NCBI GenBank assembly: GCA_949746285.1
Contig: CATJZH010000142.1
Location: 1-33,522, forward strand
Direction: 5' to 3'
Length of the DNA stretch: 33,522 bases
Origin: an uncultured Clostridia bacterium
GTDB lineage: Bacteria; Bacillota; Clostridia; TANB77; CAG-508
A model generated the notes under the pieces. The model had not been told where the DNA came from and did no database searches. It saw only the letters and a program-made list of their open reading frames with translations. This document shows, piece by piece, positions 19,473-28,857 of this stretch (its first letter is position 1; the number at the start of each line of letters is the position of its first letter). The position numbers and the translations under genes were made by a program.

Positions 19473-19523
19473 ATGTAAAATTCTCATAATATGTAGCATT
19501 AGATATTATGAGGAGGAATGCTT

Positions 19524-20786
19524 ATGTATAAGTACATAATTAAAGGTGGCAAAAAGCTACATGGAGAAGTAGATGTATCTGGATCAAAAAACGCAAGTTT
19601 ACCAATACTAGCTGCTACTATTATAAGTGGAAAAACGACAAAATTATATAATGTACCAGATATACAAGATGTTAGAATAACACTTCAAATTTTAAAAGAA
19701 TTAGGTTGCAAAGTAAAAAAGGAAAAAAATAAAATTATTATTAATTCTAAGTATATGAACAAAACAACTATACCAGATGATTTAATGAGAAAACTTAGAT
19801 CATCAGTAATAATTGCTGGTGCAATTATTGCAAGATTTAAAAAGGTACAGTTTTCTTATCCAGGTGGATGTGATATAGGTTCAAGACCTATAAATTTACA
19901 TTTAGAAAATTTTCAAAAAATTGGTATAAAAATTGATGAAAATAGTAGATATATTGAATGTAAATGTGATAGAATAGAAACGAAAAATATAGAGTTAGAT
20001 TTTCCAAGTGTAGGAGCAACTGAAAATTTAATTTTAGCCTCTGTACTTGGAGAACATGAAGTCATAATAAATAATGCTGCTATGGAGCCAGAAATAATAG
20101 ATTTAATCAATTTTTTAACTAGAATGGGAGCAAAAATTTATGGTGCAGGAACAAATATTATAAAAATAAAAGGTGTAAAATCATTAAAAGAAATTTCTTA
20201 TAAAATAATGCCAGATAGAATAGAAGCAGGAACTTTGCTAATTGCAGGAGCAATAACAAATGGAATGATAAAAGTAAATAGCGTAGTTCCAGAGCATATA
20301 GGTCCAGTAATAAATAAATTAGAAGAAGTAGGTTGTGAAATAAAAGTTACACCTAACTCAATATATTTAAATGCATCTAACAAAAAATTAAAAGCAGTAG
20401 ATATAAAAACAATGCCATACCCAGGATTTCCAACAGATTTACAACCATTGTTTTCAACATTGCTTACTGTTTGTTCAGGAACATCAATTATTAGTGAAAA
20501 TATTTTTGAAAATAGATTTAAGTTTATGCAAGAAATACAAAGAATGGGGGCTAAATCAACAATAGAAGGAAAAACACTAATAATAAAAGGAGTAAAAAGA
20601 TTACATGGGGCAGACTTAGAAAGTACAGATTTAAGAGGTGGAGCATCAATGGTACTTGCAGGACTTTCTGCTAAAGGAGTAACTAAGGTTAGCAGACTTG
20701 AATATTTAATTAGAGGGTATGAAAATTTAGATAGAAAGCTAAATGAGTTAGGAGCAGAAATTACTAGAGAAGAAGAGGGTGAGTAA
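19524..20786 (+). CDS. murA: UDP-N-acetylglucosamine 1-carboxyvinyltransferase
   Basis: GSKNASLP, PGGCDIGSRP (catalytic Cys), SVGATEN, PDRIEAGT, PYPGFPTD and DLRGGA. Start set at ATG 19524 for RBS spacing. Confidence 0.96.
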   Translation: MYKYIIKGGKKLHGEVDVSGSKNASLPILAATIISGKTTKLYNVPDIQDVRITLQILKELGCKVKKEKNKIIINSKYMNKTTIPDDLMRKLRSSVIIAGAIIARFKKVQFSYPGGCDIGSRPINLHLENFQKIGIKIDENSRYIECKCDRIETKNIELDFPSVGATENLILASVLGEHEVIINNAAMEPEIIDLINFLTRMGAKIYGAGTNIIKIKGVKSLKEISYKIMPDRIEAGTLLIAGAITNGMIKVNSVVPEHIGPVINKLEEVGCEIKVTPNSIYLNASNKKLKAVDIKTMPYPGFPTDLQPLFSTLLTVCSGTSIISENIFENRFKFMQEIQRMGAKSTIEGKTLIIKGVKRLHGADLESTDLRGGASMVLAGLSAKGVTKVSRLEYLIRGYENLDRKLNELGAEITREEEGE

Positions 20787-20789
20787 TTA

Positions 20790-21632
20790 TTGGATGATGA
20801 AATAATTATTGGTATAGACGTAAAAAACAATTCTAATAAAAAGAAAAAAGTAAAAAAGAAATCTCAAAAGCCAAAAAACAAAAAAGAAAATAATCCAAAA
20901 CAGAAAAAATCTAGGTCAGGAAAAAAAATTGGAATTATATTGCTTTTTATCATATTGGTTGTAATAATTTTAGGCTCAAGTCTTTTTAACATAAAAAAAA
21001 TAGAAGTAACGGGAAATAGCAGAATTTCAAATGAAATGGTAATCAGTTTATCTGGATTAGAACTTTATAAAAATATATTTACATTTAATAAATTATCAGT
21101 AATAGGAAAAATAAAAGAAAATGCTTATATAAAAAATGTAAAAATAAAGAGAAAGTTGCCAGATACAGTTAAAATAACTGTGCAAGAAAAAACACCAAGA
21201 TACATAATTCAAATTGCAGATAGTTATGCATATATAAATAATCAAGGATATATATTGGAAATAAGTACTGAAAAAGAAAATATGCCAATTTTAACTGGAA
21301 TTACAACAGATTTATCAAATATTAAAGAAGGCGAAAGACTAAGTGTAGAAGACTTAAAGAAGATGGATATGGTAATAAAGATTTGTGAAATAGCCAAAAG
21401 TAACGATTTAAAAGATTTAATTACGAAAATTGATATTACAGATGATAGAAATTATACAATAATATTAGAAACAGAAGGAAAAACAGTTTATTTAGGAGAT
21501 TGTTCAGATTTAAATACAAGAATGTTATATTTAAAATCAGTTTTAGAAGCATCATCAGGAAAAAAAGGAGAACTATTCTTAAATGTAGATTTAAATTCTG
21601 ATAATGTATATTTTAGACCAAGTAGCAATTAA
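20790..21632 (+). CDS. ftsQ: Cell division protein FtsQ/DivIB
   Basis: Basic cytoplasmic N-terminus, single TM, POTRA region (FNIKKIEVTGN...KRKLPDTVKITVQE); position in the division cluster. Confidence 0.88.
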   Translation: MDDEIIIGIDVKNNSNKKKKVKKKSQKPKNKKENNPKQKKSRSGKKIGIILLFIILVVIILGSSLFNIKKIEVTGNSRISNEMVISLSGLELYKNIFTFNKLSVIGKIKENAYIKNVKIKRKLPDTVKITVQEKTPRYIIQIADSYAYINNQGYILEISTEKENMPILTGITTDLSNIKEGERLSVEDLKKMDMVIKICEIAKSNDLKDLITKIDITDDRNYTIILETEGKTVYLGDCSDLNTRMLYLKSVLEASSGKKGELFLNVDLNSDNVYFRPSSN

Positions 21633-21652
21633 GAAATGAAAGGAGAACTATA

Positions 21653-22387
21653 GTGAATCAAAAAAGGAAAATAAAAATAGCAATACTATTGGGAATGATG
21701 TGTATGTTTTTAACATTAGGAATTTGCATTCAAATTAATACAGTAAAAAATAGTACAACAACAGTAGGAAGAACACTAGTTGAAAATGAATTACGAGATA
21801 GTGTATTAAGATGGAAACAAAAATATGAAAATGCATACTACAAATTAGAAAGAGAAGAAGAAGAGTTAGCAAATTTAAGACAAAAAGTATCAAGTAAAGA
21901 TAATAATGCTAGTAATTTAAGTTCAAAACTAGAAAAATATAATGAGCTTTTAGGAAATACAGAAGTAACAGGAAAAGGAATTGAAATTACATTAAAAGAT
22001 GGAGATAGTTCGATTTTAAAAAATTCTGCTAATAATCTTGTAGTTCATGATGGAGATATACTAGAAGTTGTAAATGCACTTAAAAATGCAAAAGCAGAAG
22101 CAATTTCTGTAAATGACCAGAGAATAGTTAGTACAACAGCAATAACTTGTGTAGGGAATGTAGTAAAAATAAATGGAGAAAAAGTTGGAGCACCATTTGT
22201 TATAAAAGCAGTAGGAAATCCAAGTATGCTTTTAGGAGCAGTTACTATGACTGGAGGATATATTGAAATATTAGAAAATGATGGTGTTGATGTAAATATA
22301 AAACAAGTTGAAAAGGAAAAGGAATCAATAACTATTCCAAAATATAATGGAATATATAAACTTGAATATGGAACAATTTATGAATAG
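21653..22387 (+). CDS. DUF881 family protein (YlxW/YlxX-like)
   Basis: TM plus coiled coil, GKGIEITLKD, VHDGD, AEAISVNDQR and PFVIKAVG. Confidence 0.9.
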   Translation: MNQKRKIKIAILLGMMCMFLTLGICIQINTVKNSTTTVGRTLVENELRDSVLRWKQKYENAYYKLEREEEELANLRQKVSSKDNNASNLSSKLEKYNELLGNTEVTGKGIEITLKDGDSSILKNSANNLVVHDGDILEVVNALKNAKAEAISVNDQRIVSTTAITCVGNVVKINGEKVGAPFVIKAVGNPSMLLGAVTMTGGYIEILENDGVDVNIKQVEKEKESITIPKYNGIYKLEYGTIYE

Positions 22388-22389
22388 AG

Positions 22390-23058
22390 GTGAGAAATTT
22401 GAATGGAAAAATAACAATGACAATATCTATAGGATGTACTGCTTTAATTTTAACTATGGTAATGTTTACACAATTTAAAACAGTAGGAGAAACAGATATA
22501 ACGGCAATAGAAACAATGAGAGAAACAGAATTAAGAGCAGAACTTGCTAGTTGGAAATCTAAATATGAAGAGATAGAAACTAAGATAGAAGAAAGAGAAA
22601 AAACAATAGGAGAATATAATTCAGAATTAGAAAATAATCAAAATAGTTTAAAAATTTTAGAAAATGAAGTAAAAGAAGCAGAAAGTTATTTAGGATATAC
22701 AGCTTTAAAAGGTGAAGGTATAGTAGTAACTTTAAAAGATAATGAAATATACAATATAGATCACACAGATTTACTAAGACTTGTTAATGAATTAAAAGTA
22801 GCAGGAGCAGAAGCTGTTTCTATAAATGATGAGAGAATTATAGGAGCATCAGAAATTACTGAAATAAATAATAGGATAATAGTAGTAAATACTAAAAGAA
22901 TTGCAGGGCCATATGTAGTAAAAGCAATTGGAGATAAAAAATATTTTGAAAGTGCTTTAACAATAAAGGGTGGATATATAGATGAAATTACAGGAAGTGG
23001 AAAAGACATAGAATATAATGTTCAAGATAATATTGTTGTTCCAGCATATGAAGGATAA
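22390..23058 (+). CDS. DUF881 family protein (YlxW/YlxX-like)
   Basis: GEGIVVTLKD, VNELKVAGAEAVSINDER and PYVVKAIGD. Confidence 0.9.
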   Translation: MRNLNGKITMTISIGCTALILTMVMFTQFKTVGETDITAIETMRETELRAELASWKSKYEEIETKIEEREKTIGEYNSELENNQNSLKILENEVKEAESYLGYTALKGEGIVVTLKDNEIYNIDHTDLLRLVNELKVAGAEAVSINDERIIGASEITEINNRIIVVNTKRIAGPYVVKAIGDKKYFESALTIKGGYIDEITGSGKDIEYNVQDNIVVPAYEG

Positions 23059-23091
23059 TAAAAAAATAATGTTAAAATAGGAGGAGAAGAG

Positions 23092-23484
23092 ATGATATAT
23101 ATTGCAATAATTATAGGGTGTATAGTAGGAGCCATAATAGGAGCATTTGCACCAGTAATTCCATATACATATTCTAGTTATTTATCAATAGCTATAGTAG
23201 CAGCATTAGATACAGTTTTTGGAGGAATAGCTTCAGTTGTTAAAGGAAATTTTGATTTAAAAATATTTTTATCTGGATTTTTTGGAAATTCCATTTTAGC
23301 AATAGCATTAACATACTTAGGAGAAAAACTAAATGTAGATATTTATTTAGCTGCAATAGTAGTATTTGTAGGAAGAATGTTTATGAATCTAGGTACAATA
23401 AGAAGATATTATATAGAAAAATGGATAAATATAATAGAAAAAAAGAATAAAAATAGAAAACAACAAAAAACAAATGAAGCATAA
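23092..23484 (+). CDS. sbp: Small basic protein, DUF1290
   Basis: YLSIAIVAALDTVFGG, SGFFGN and VFVGRMF.N motifs; synteny with DUF881 genes and ftsA. Confidence 0.88.
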   Translation: MIYIAIIIGCIVGAIIGAFAPVIPYTYSSYLSIAIVAALDTVFGGIASVVKGNFDLKIFLSGFFGNSILAIALTYLGEKLNVDIYLAAIVVFVGRMFMNLGTIRRYYIEKWINIIEKKNKNRKQQKTNEA

Positions 23485-23498
23485 AAAGTAAAGAATTG

Positions 23499-23535
23499 AT
23501 AATGCTATACAGTATATAGGTATAGCATTATTTTT
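23499..23535 (+). terminator. Terminator after sbp
   Basis: ATAATGCTATAC-loop-GTATAGCATTAT followed by a T-run. Confidence 0.8.
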
Positions 23536-23543
23536 GTGCAAAA

Positions 23544-23700
23544 TTCGACAAAAATGAGAAAAAAACAAGTTGAATTTTATCGAAAAATGATGTATAGTAT
23601 AAAATGCATTTGAAATTTTTCAAGAATAACAAAAATATTACATTTTAATTACAAAAATATATCATTTTCACTTGACTTTTTACTCAAAATGTAATATTCT
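23544..23700 (+). promoter_or_regulatory. ftsAZ promoter region: Spo0A box and two sigma-A promoters
   Basis: TTCGACA at 23544-23550 (reverse complement of the 0A box TGTCGAA); TTGAAT-17-TATAGT (23570-23598); TTGACT-17-TATTCT (23672-23700). Confidence 0.6.
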
Positions 23701-23764
23701 TATCCCATAAGATTTTTGAAAAATTAAAAAATAAAAAAGTAATTTATAGATGGAGGAGTTAACT

Positions 23765-24997
23765 TTGGCAATAGGGGATATAATTGTTGGTATCGATATA
23801 GGAACCTCTAAAGTTAGTACTTTCGTTGGAGAAGTTAATAATTTCAATCAAATTGAAATTATATGTAGTACAAGCAGCAAATGTTCAGCAATTCAAAAAG
23901 GAAGAATTGTAGACGAAGAAGAACTAAGTATGGCAATAGCCAAAACAATTACAGAAGTTGAAGAAATTTCTAATTTACAAATAAATTCTGCTTATACAAC
24001 TATACCTGGCAAGTATATAACAATAGTTCAAAATAGTATCGTAAAAGAGGCAAAAGACAAATTGTCTGGAATATCAATAAAAGATGTTGCGTCAGCAATA
24101 ATTCAAGTTAGAGATATAGAAATCCCAGATGATAAAGTCTTAATAGACATAGTACCAGATAAGTTTATATTAGAAGATGGTAAAGCAGTAGAAGATCCTG
24201 TTGGCAAATTTAGTAATAGTTTTACATTAACTGCACAAATTATATTAGCAGAAAAAGAATATATAAGACAACTAACATCTATATTTAAAAAAGCTGGAGT
24301 AGAAATTGATGGTGTTGTTCCAATATCATTAGCAGAAAGAAACTTAGTTTTAGATACAAATGAATTAACAGATAATGTTATGGTTTTAGACATAGGGGCA
24401 GGAAATACAGAAATAGGAATTTTTAATGGTTCAACTTTTGTGTATACAAATACTATTTCTTTAGGTGGAGACAATATTACGAGTGATATATCATATGTAT
24501 TAAACATATCTAATGAAGAAGCAGAAAAACTAAAAAGGCAATATGGTTTGGCACTAAAATCTTTTATAGATAATGACAATAATATAGTGTTAAATACCTG
24601 TAGAAATGTAGATTCTAAAAATACAACAATAAAAAGTTCAGAGCTTATAGAAATAATTGAAGCAAGAATTGAAGAAATATTTACTTTAGTTAATAAAGAT
24701 ATAATTTCAAATGGAATAAAAAATAATATAAACAATGTAATATTAACAGGAGAAGGAATTACTAATATTAACAAAAGTGATATGGCAGGAAAAATAATTT
24801 TAAATATTCCTGTAAAAATTTCTACTGGAAGACTTGTAAGCACAGTAAAATCTACTTATAGGGTAGGATATGCATTAGTAAGATATATAGCAGCAAGGCC
24901 TTATGCAAAAACAGTTTCTAGCAGTATATCTGTAAAAACAGAGAAAAATTTACTAAAGACAGTTATGGAAAAAGTAAAAGATTTTTTCTATTCATAA
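23765..24997 (+). CDS. ftsA: Cell division protein FtsA
   Basis: GIDIGTSKV, LDIGAGNT, GGDNITSDI, AEKLK and IIEARIEEIF; amphipathic C-terminal helix; upstream of ftsZ. TTG start at 23765 after GGAGGAG. Confidence 0.94.
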   Translation: MAIGDIIVGIDIGTSKVSTFVGEVNNFNQIEIICSTSSKCSAIQKGRIVDEEELSMAIAKTITEVEEISNLQINSAYTTIPGKYITIVQNSIVKEAKDKLSGISIKDVASAIIQVRDIEIPDDKVLIDIVPDKFILEDGKAVEDPVGKFSNSFTLTAQIILAEKEYIRQLTSIFKKAGVEIDGVVPISLAERNLVLDTNELTDNVMVLDIGAGNTEIGIFNGSTFVYTNTISLGGDNITSDISYVLNISNEEAEKLKRQYGLALKSFIDNDNNIVLNTCRNVDSKNTTIKSSELIEIIEARIEEIFTLVNKDIISNGIKNNINNVILTGEGITNINKSDMAGKIILNIPVKISTGRLVSTVKSTYRVGYALVRYIAARPYAKTVSSSISVKTEKNLLKTVMEKVKDFFYS

Positions 24998-25055
24998 AAC
25001 AAGTTTTTAATTTTAATATATATAGTAAAGAGATTTAGAAGGGGGAAGTAATCTT

Positions 25056-26195
25056 ATGATTATGGATGAGAACGACTTGAATTATATGATGGATGGAACA
25101 GCTACTATAAAAGTTATAGGAGTTGGTGGTGCTGGAAATAATGCTGTAAATAGAATGATAGAAGCAGGAATAAGAAATGTAGAATTTATAGCAGTAAATA
25201 CAGATAGACAAACTTTAAATGAATCAAAAGCAGGTTCTAAAATTCAAATTGGAGAAAAGCTTACAAGAGGATTAGGAGCAGGAGCTAACCCAGACATAGG
25301 AGCACAAGCAGCAGAAGAAAGTAGAGCAGAAATAGCAGAAGTATTAAAAGGTGCAGATATGGTATTTGTAACAGCTGGTATGGGAGGAGGAACTGGAACA
25401 GGTGCAGCCTCAATAGTAGCTTCAACAGCTAAAGAATTAGGAATATTAACAATAGGTGTTGTAACAAAACCATTTACATTTGAAGGTAAAAAAAGATTAG
25501 CACAAGCTGAAAGAGGTGTAGCTAGTTTAAAAGGAAAAGTAGATACATTAGTAGTAATTCCAAACGATAAATTACTACAAGTAATAGATAGAAAAACATC
25601 AATGGTAGAAGCATTTAGAATGGCAGATGATGTTTTAAGACAAGGTGTACAAGGTATATCAGACTTAATATCAGTACCTGGTGTTATAAACTTAGATTTT
25701 GCAGATGTTAGAACAATAATGTTAAATCAAGGAATGGCACATATGGGAATAGGAAGTGCAAGCGGAGAAAATAGAGCAGAAGATGCTGCAAAACAAGCTA
25801 TTCAAAGTCCATTATTAGAAACTTCAATAGAAGGAGCAAGAGGAATTATAATAAATATTACAGGTGGAAGTGATATGGGATTACATGAAGCAAATACAGC
25901 AGCAGAATTAGTACAAAGAAGTGCAGATCCTGAAGCAAATATTATTTTCGGTACAGTTATAGATGACTCTATGGGAGATGAATTACAAATAACAGTTATA
26001 GCAACAGGATTTGAAAAAGAAGAAGAAAGAAAAACAAATACACAATATGAAAACATAGTAGCTGAAGCATGGAAGAAGAGAGGTTCAAATAGTATATCTT
26101 CTCAACCAATAAGTACTCCTCAAAGTGAATCATCAAATGGAGATTTAGATATCCCAACATTCTTAAGAAAGAATAGAGGTTTAGGAAATAAGTAA
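25056..26195 (+). CDS. ftsZ: Cell division protein FtsZ
   Basis: [13 protein letters not shown], tubulin signature [16 protein letters not shown] and C-terminal DIPTFLR. Confidence 0.99.
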   Translation: MIMDENDLNYMMDGTATIKVIGVGGAGNNAVNRMIEAGIRNVEFIAVNTDRQTLNESKAGSKIQIGEKLTRGLGAGANPDIGAQAAEESRAEIAEVLKGADMVFVTAGMGGGTGTGAASIVASTAKELGILTIGVVTKPFTFEGKKRLAQAERGVASLKGKVDTLVVIPNDKLLQVIDRKTSMVEAFRMADDVLRQGVQGISDLISVPGVINLDFADVRTIMLNQGMAHMGIGSASGENRAEDAAKQAIQSPLLETSIEGARGIIINITGGSDMGLHEANTAAELVQRSADPEANIIFGTVIDDSMGDELQITVIATGFEKEEERKTNTQYENIVAEAWKKRGSNSISSQPISTPQSESSNGDLDIPTFLRKNRGLGNK

Positions 26196-26220
26196 TATAA
26201 ATACCTAATTTTATCATATA

Positions 26221-26261
26221 AAGAAAGAAATAATCTATTTTTGTAGATTATTTCTTTTTTT
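26221..26261 (+). terminator. Terminator after ftsZ
   Basis: AAAGAAATAATCTA-loop-TAGATTATTTCTTT followed by a T-run. Confidence 0.8.
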
Positions 26262-26273
26262 CTGCCTCATAAA

Positions 26274-26306
26274 ATGACAGTATTTTTAAAATTATAGTAG
26301 TAAAAT
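26274..26306 (+). promoter_or_regulatory. Likely Spo0A-dependent spoIIG promoter
   Basis: ATGACAG, then a TAAAAT -10 at an over-long 21-bp spacing. This resembles the B. subtilis spoIIG promoter, where a TTGACAG 0A site mimics a distant -35. Confidence 0.45.
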
Positions 26307-26338
26307 TATTTTATATTTAAACTAAAGAAAGGGACAAA

Positions 26339-27241
26339 ATGACTATATATTTAGATGTTGTATTTTTTGAAAATGTTGTTTTAAACTATATAATAATTTT
26401 ATCTACAGCATTAATAAGTAAGTCAAAAATTAACACCAAAAGAATAATATTATCAAGTATGATAGGAGGCATATTTGCAATTTTAAATTATATGGTAGAT
26501 ATGCAAATGTTTTTTAGCATTATTATAAAAATAATTATTTCAATAATAATGATATTAGTTGCATTTGAAAATTATCATATAAAGAAAGTATTTAAGCAAT
26601 TAGTTTTTTTCTATTTGGTATCATTTACTTTTGGTGGAATAGCATTTATGCTTTTATTCTTTGTCAATCCAAATAATATTATAGTAAAAGGAAATCATTT
26701 TGTTGGAACATATCCTATAAAAATTGCTGTATTGGCAGGTGGTATGGGCTTTATAATAATAAGCTTAGTAACAAAAATAATAAAAGATAAAATTAATAAA
26801 AAGATAATGATATGTGAATTAGAAATATTTTATAATGGAAAAGTTAAAAAAGTTAAAACTATGCTAGATACAGGCAATTTATTAAAAGAACCAATAAGTC
26901 AGGCTGATGTTGTAATAGTAGAAAAACATAGTCTACAAGGAATAGTACAAGATGAACTATTAAAAGATGTATCAAGTGTATTAGATGGAAATTTAATTGA
27001 AGAGAAAAGTAATTATTCATACAATTTTAAATTAATTCCCTTTTCATCTTTAGGAAATGATAATGGACTTTTAGTAGGCTTTAAACCAGATTACATAAAA
27101 GTATATGGGGAAGAAGAGTGTATACGAGACGATGTTTTAATAGGAATATATGATGGAAAATTATCTAGAACAAATATGTATACAAGTTTAATAGGTTTAA
27201 ATGTTTTAGACAATTCTAAAAAATTAGAAAAAATAGTTTAA
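26339..27241 (+). CDS. spoIIGA: Pro-sigmaE processing aspartic protease SpoIIGA
   Basis: YLDVVF..N N-terminus, about 5 TM segments, catalytic DTGN, IPFSSLG and GFKPD; located between ftsZ and sigE. Confidence 0.95.
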   Translation: MTIYLDVVFFENVVLNYIIILSTALISKSKINTKRIILSSMIGGIFAILNYMVDMQMFFSIIIKIIISIIMILVAFENYHIKKVFKQLVFFYLVSFTFGGIAFMLLFFVNPNNIIVKGNHFVGTYPIKIAVLAGGMGFIIISLVTKIIKDKINKKIMICELEIFYNGKVKKVKTMLDTGNLLKEPISQADVVIVEKHSLQGIVQDELLKDVSSVLDGNLIEEKSNYSYNFKLIPFSSLGNDNGLLVGFKPDYIKVYGEEECIRDDVLIGIYDGKLSRTNMYTSLIGLNVLDNSKKLEKIV

Positions 27242-27268
27242 ATATAAATTTGTTAAGGAGGTAAAACA

Positions 27269-28003
27269 ATGAATTTTTTTAAAACTTTTAAAAGTAAAGT
27301 AATGAAGATACTTGGAAAATACTGCTATAGAGATAATATAAACAAATTTCCAGTTTTTTATATAAAAGGAAATCAAACTCTACCACCACCACTTGATAGT
27401 ATAGAAGAAGAAAAACTTTTGCAGAAATTGATGTTGGAAGATAAAGATGCAAAACAAATTTTAGTAGAGAGAAATTTAAGATTAGTCGTATATATTGCTA
27501 AAAAATTTGAAAATACAGGAATTGATTTTGAAGATTTAATTTCTATTGGAACTATAGGTTTAATGAAAGCAGTAAATACATTTAATGTTGATAAAAATAT
27601 TAAACTTGCAACATATGCTTCTAGATGTATTGAAAACGAGATATTAATGCAACTTAGAAAAAATACTAAAATAAAAAATGAAGTTTCTATAGATGAGCCA
27701 CTAAATAAAGATGGAGATGGAAATGAACTATTATTATCAGACATATTGGGTACAGATAATGATATAACTTCAAGAAAAATCGAAAATGAAGTTGATATGT
27801 CTTTACTTAAAATTGCTATAAGTAAATTAGATAGTAGAGAAAAATATATAATGCAGCTTAGATTTGGAATTGATGGAAATGGAAAAGAGAAGACGCAAAA
27901 AGAAGTTGCAGATATGCTTGGAATTTCTCAGAGTTATATTTCAAGACTTGAAAAGAAAATAATGAACAAAATGAAAAAGGAAATTATGAGTAAGACAGGA
28001 TAA
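27269..28003 (+). CDS. sigE: Sporulation sigma factor pro-sigmaE
   Basis: Pro-sequence then [12 protein letters not shown]; [30 protein letters not shown] and [21 protein letters not shown]. Confidence 0.96.
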   Translation: MNFFKTFKSKVMKILGKYCYRDNINKFPVFYIKGNQTLPPPLDSIEEEKLLQKLMLEDKDAKQILVERNLRLVVYIAKKFENTGIDFEDLISIGTIGLMKAVNTFNVDKNIKLATYASRCIENEILMQLRKNTKIKNEVSIDEPLNKDGDGNELLLSDILGTDNDITSRKIENEVDMSLLKIAISKLDSREKYIMQLRFGIDGNGKEKTQKEVADMLGISQSYISRLEKKIMNKMKKEIMSKTG

Positions 28004-28029
28004 TTGTAAATAATTAATAAGAACTTAGT

Positions 28030-28072
28030 TATAAAAGGAATGTTTCTTTAAAAAGATAACATTCCTTTTTAT
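28030..28072 (+). terminator. Terminator after sigE
   Basis: AAAAGGAATGTT-loop-AACATTCCTTTT. Confidence 0.8.
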
Positions 28073-28083
28073 ATATCAAAAAA

Positions 28084-28142
28084 AGATAAACAAAGATAAA
28101 GAAAGATAAAAAAAATTTATCTTTCTTTATCTTTGTTTATCT
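28084..28142. repeat. Perfect 27-bp inverted repeat made of 10-bp-phased AAAGATAAA units
   Basis: AGATAAACAAAGATAAAGAAAGATAAA-AAAAA-TTTATCTTTCTTTATCTTTGTTTATCT; the arms are exact reverse complements. Confidence 0.92.
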
Positions 28143-28302
28143 GATTTGAAATTTTGTGCTAAAATATAATAGTTCTATATGGAAGTTTTAGATAGAACAA
28201 ATTTGCCAGTTGAAGAGTAAATAGTTTTAATATTCAATTGGCTAAATAAAGCAGGAAAATGATGTTAAAAGAAGAATGACAAAACAATAGGAGGATAACT
28301 AA

Positions 28303-28762
28303 ATGAAGAAAATGAAAATGCTTTTTTTAGCAACAATTATGTGCATCTGCACACTTGGAACAACAGTACTTGCAGCAGATGAAAAAGTAAGTACTACAGA
28401 GTATGACTTTGAAGTCACTCCAGATATGGTAGAAAATGGAGTAGTAACTTTATCAACTGCTGCAGTAGATAATACATTTAATGTAACAGGTTCTCACACA
28501 GGGAGCACGCGGACCTATCGAGGAAATACATTAAGATATCAAAATTACTGATACTAATGGTAGAGCTGTAGATAACATTATGGCGGTAAGATTATATAAA
28601 AGTAATGGAACCTTAGTAAATGAAAGTCAATTTTGGGCAAATGGTCAAGAGGTATCCAAAAGTGTTGAAATCTCTAATGGCGGTTCATACTATTTCCAAT
28701 ATCTTACTGCTTATGGTGCAACACGTGCTTTACGAGTACATATGATAATTAAAACATATTAA
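28303..28762 (+). pseudogene. Small secreted beta-rich protein (about 150 aa) split by a frameshift at about 28535-28548
   Basis: AGGAGG RBS and signal peptide ending VLA. The first frame stops at 28551; the +1 frame is open from 28535 (DIKITDTNGRAVDNIMAVRL...) and the 28580 ATG has no clear RBS. Confidence 0.7.
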
Positions 28763-28810
28763 TAAAAATATCATTTTTCTGCTTTAAAAAGAAATCCTAG
28801 ATAGGAACTT

Positions 28811-28850
28811 ATAATTCAAAATCCAACTTTATAGTTGGATTTTGAATTAT
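28811..28850. terminator. Bidirectional hairpin terminator between convergent genes
   Basis: ATAATTCAAAATCCAACT-TTAT-AGTTGGATTTTGAATTAT, a perfect 18-bp stem. Confidence 0.82.
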
Positions 28851-28857
28851 ATAAAAT

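Noticed and set aside
28084-28142. CRISPR array or IS terminal repeats
   Set aside because: There are no unique spacers, cas genes or transposase, and the arms are only 5 bp apart.
28543-28551. prfB-like programmed +1 frameshift at TAC TGA
   Set aside because: The P-site codon TAC cannot re-pair with ACT in the +1 frame, so a small indel is more plausible.
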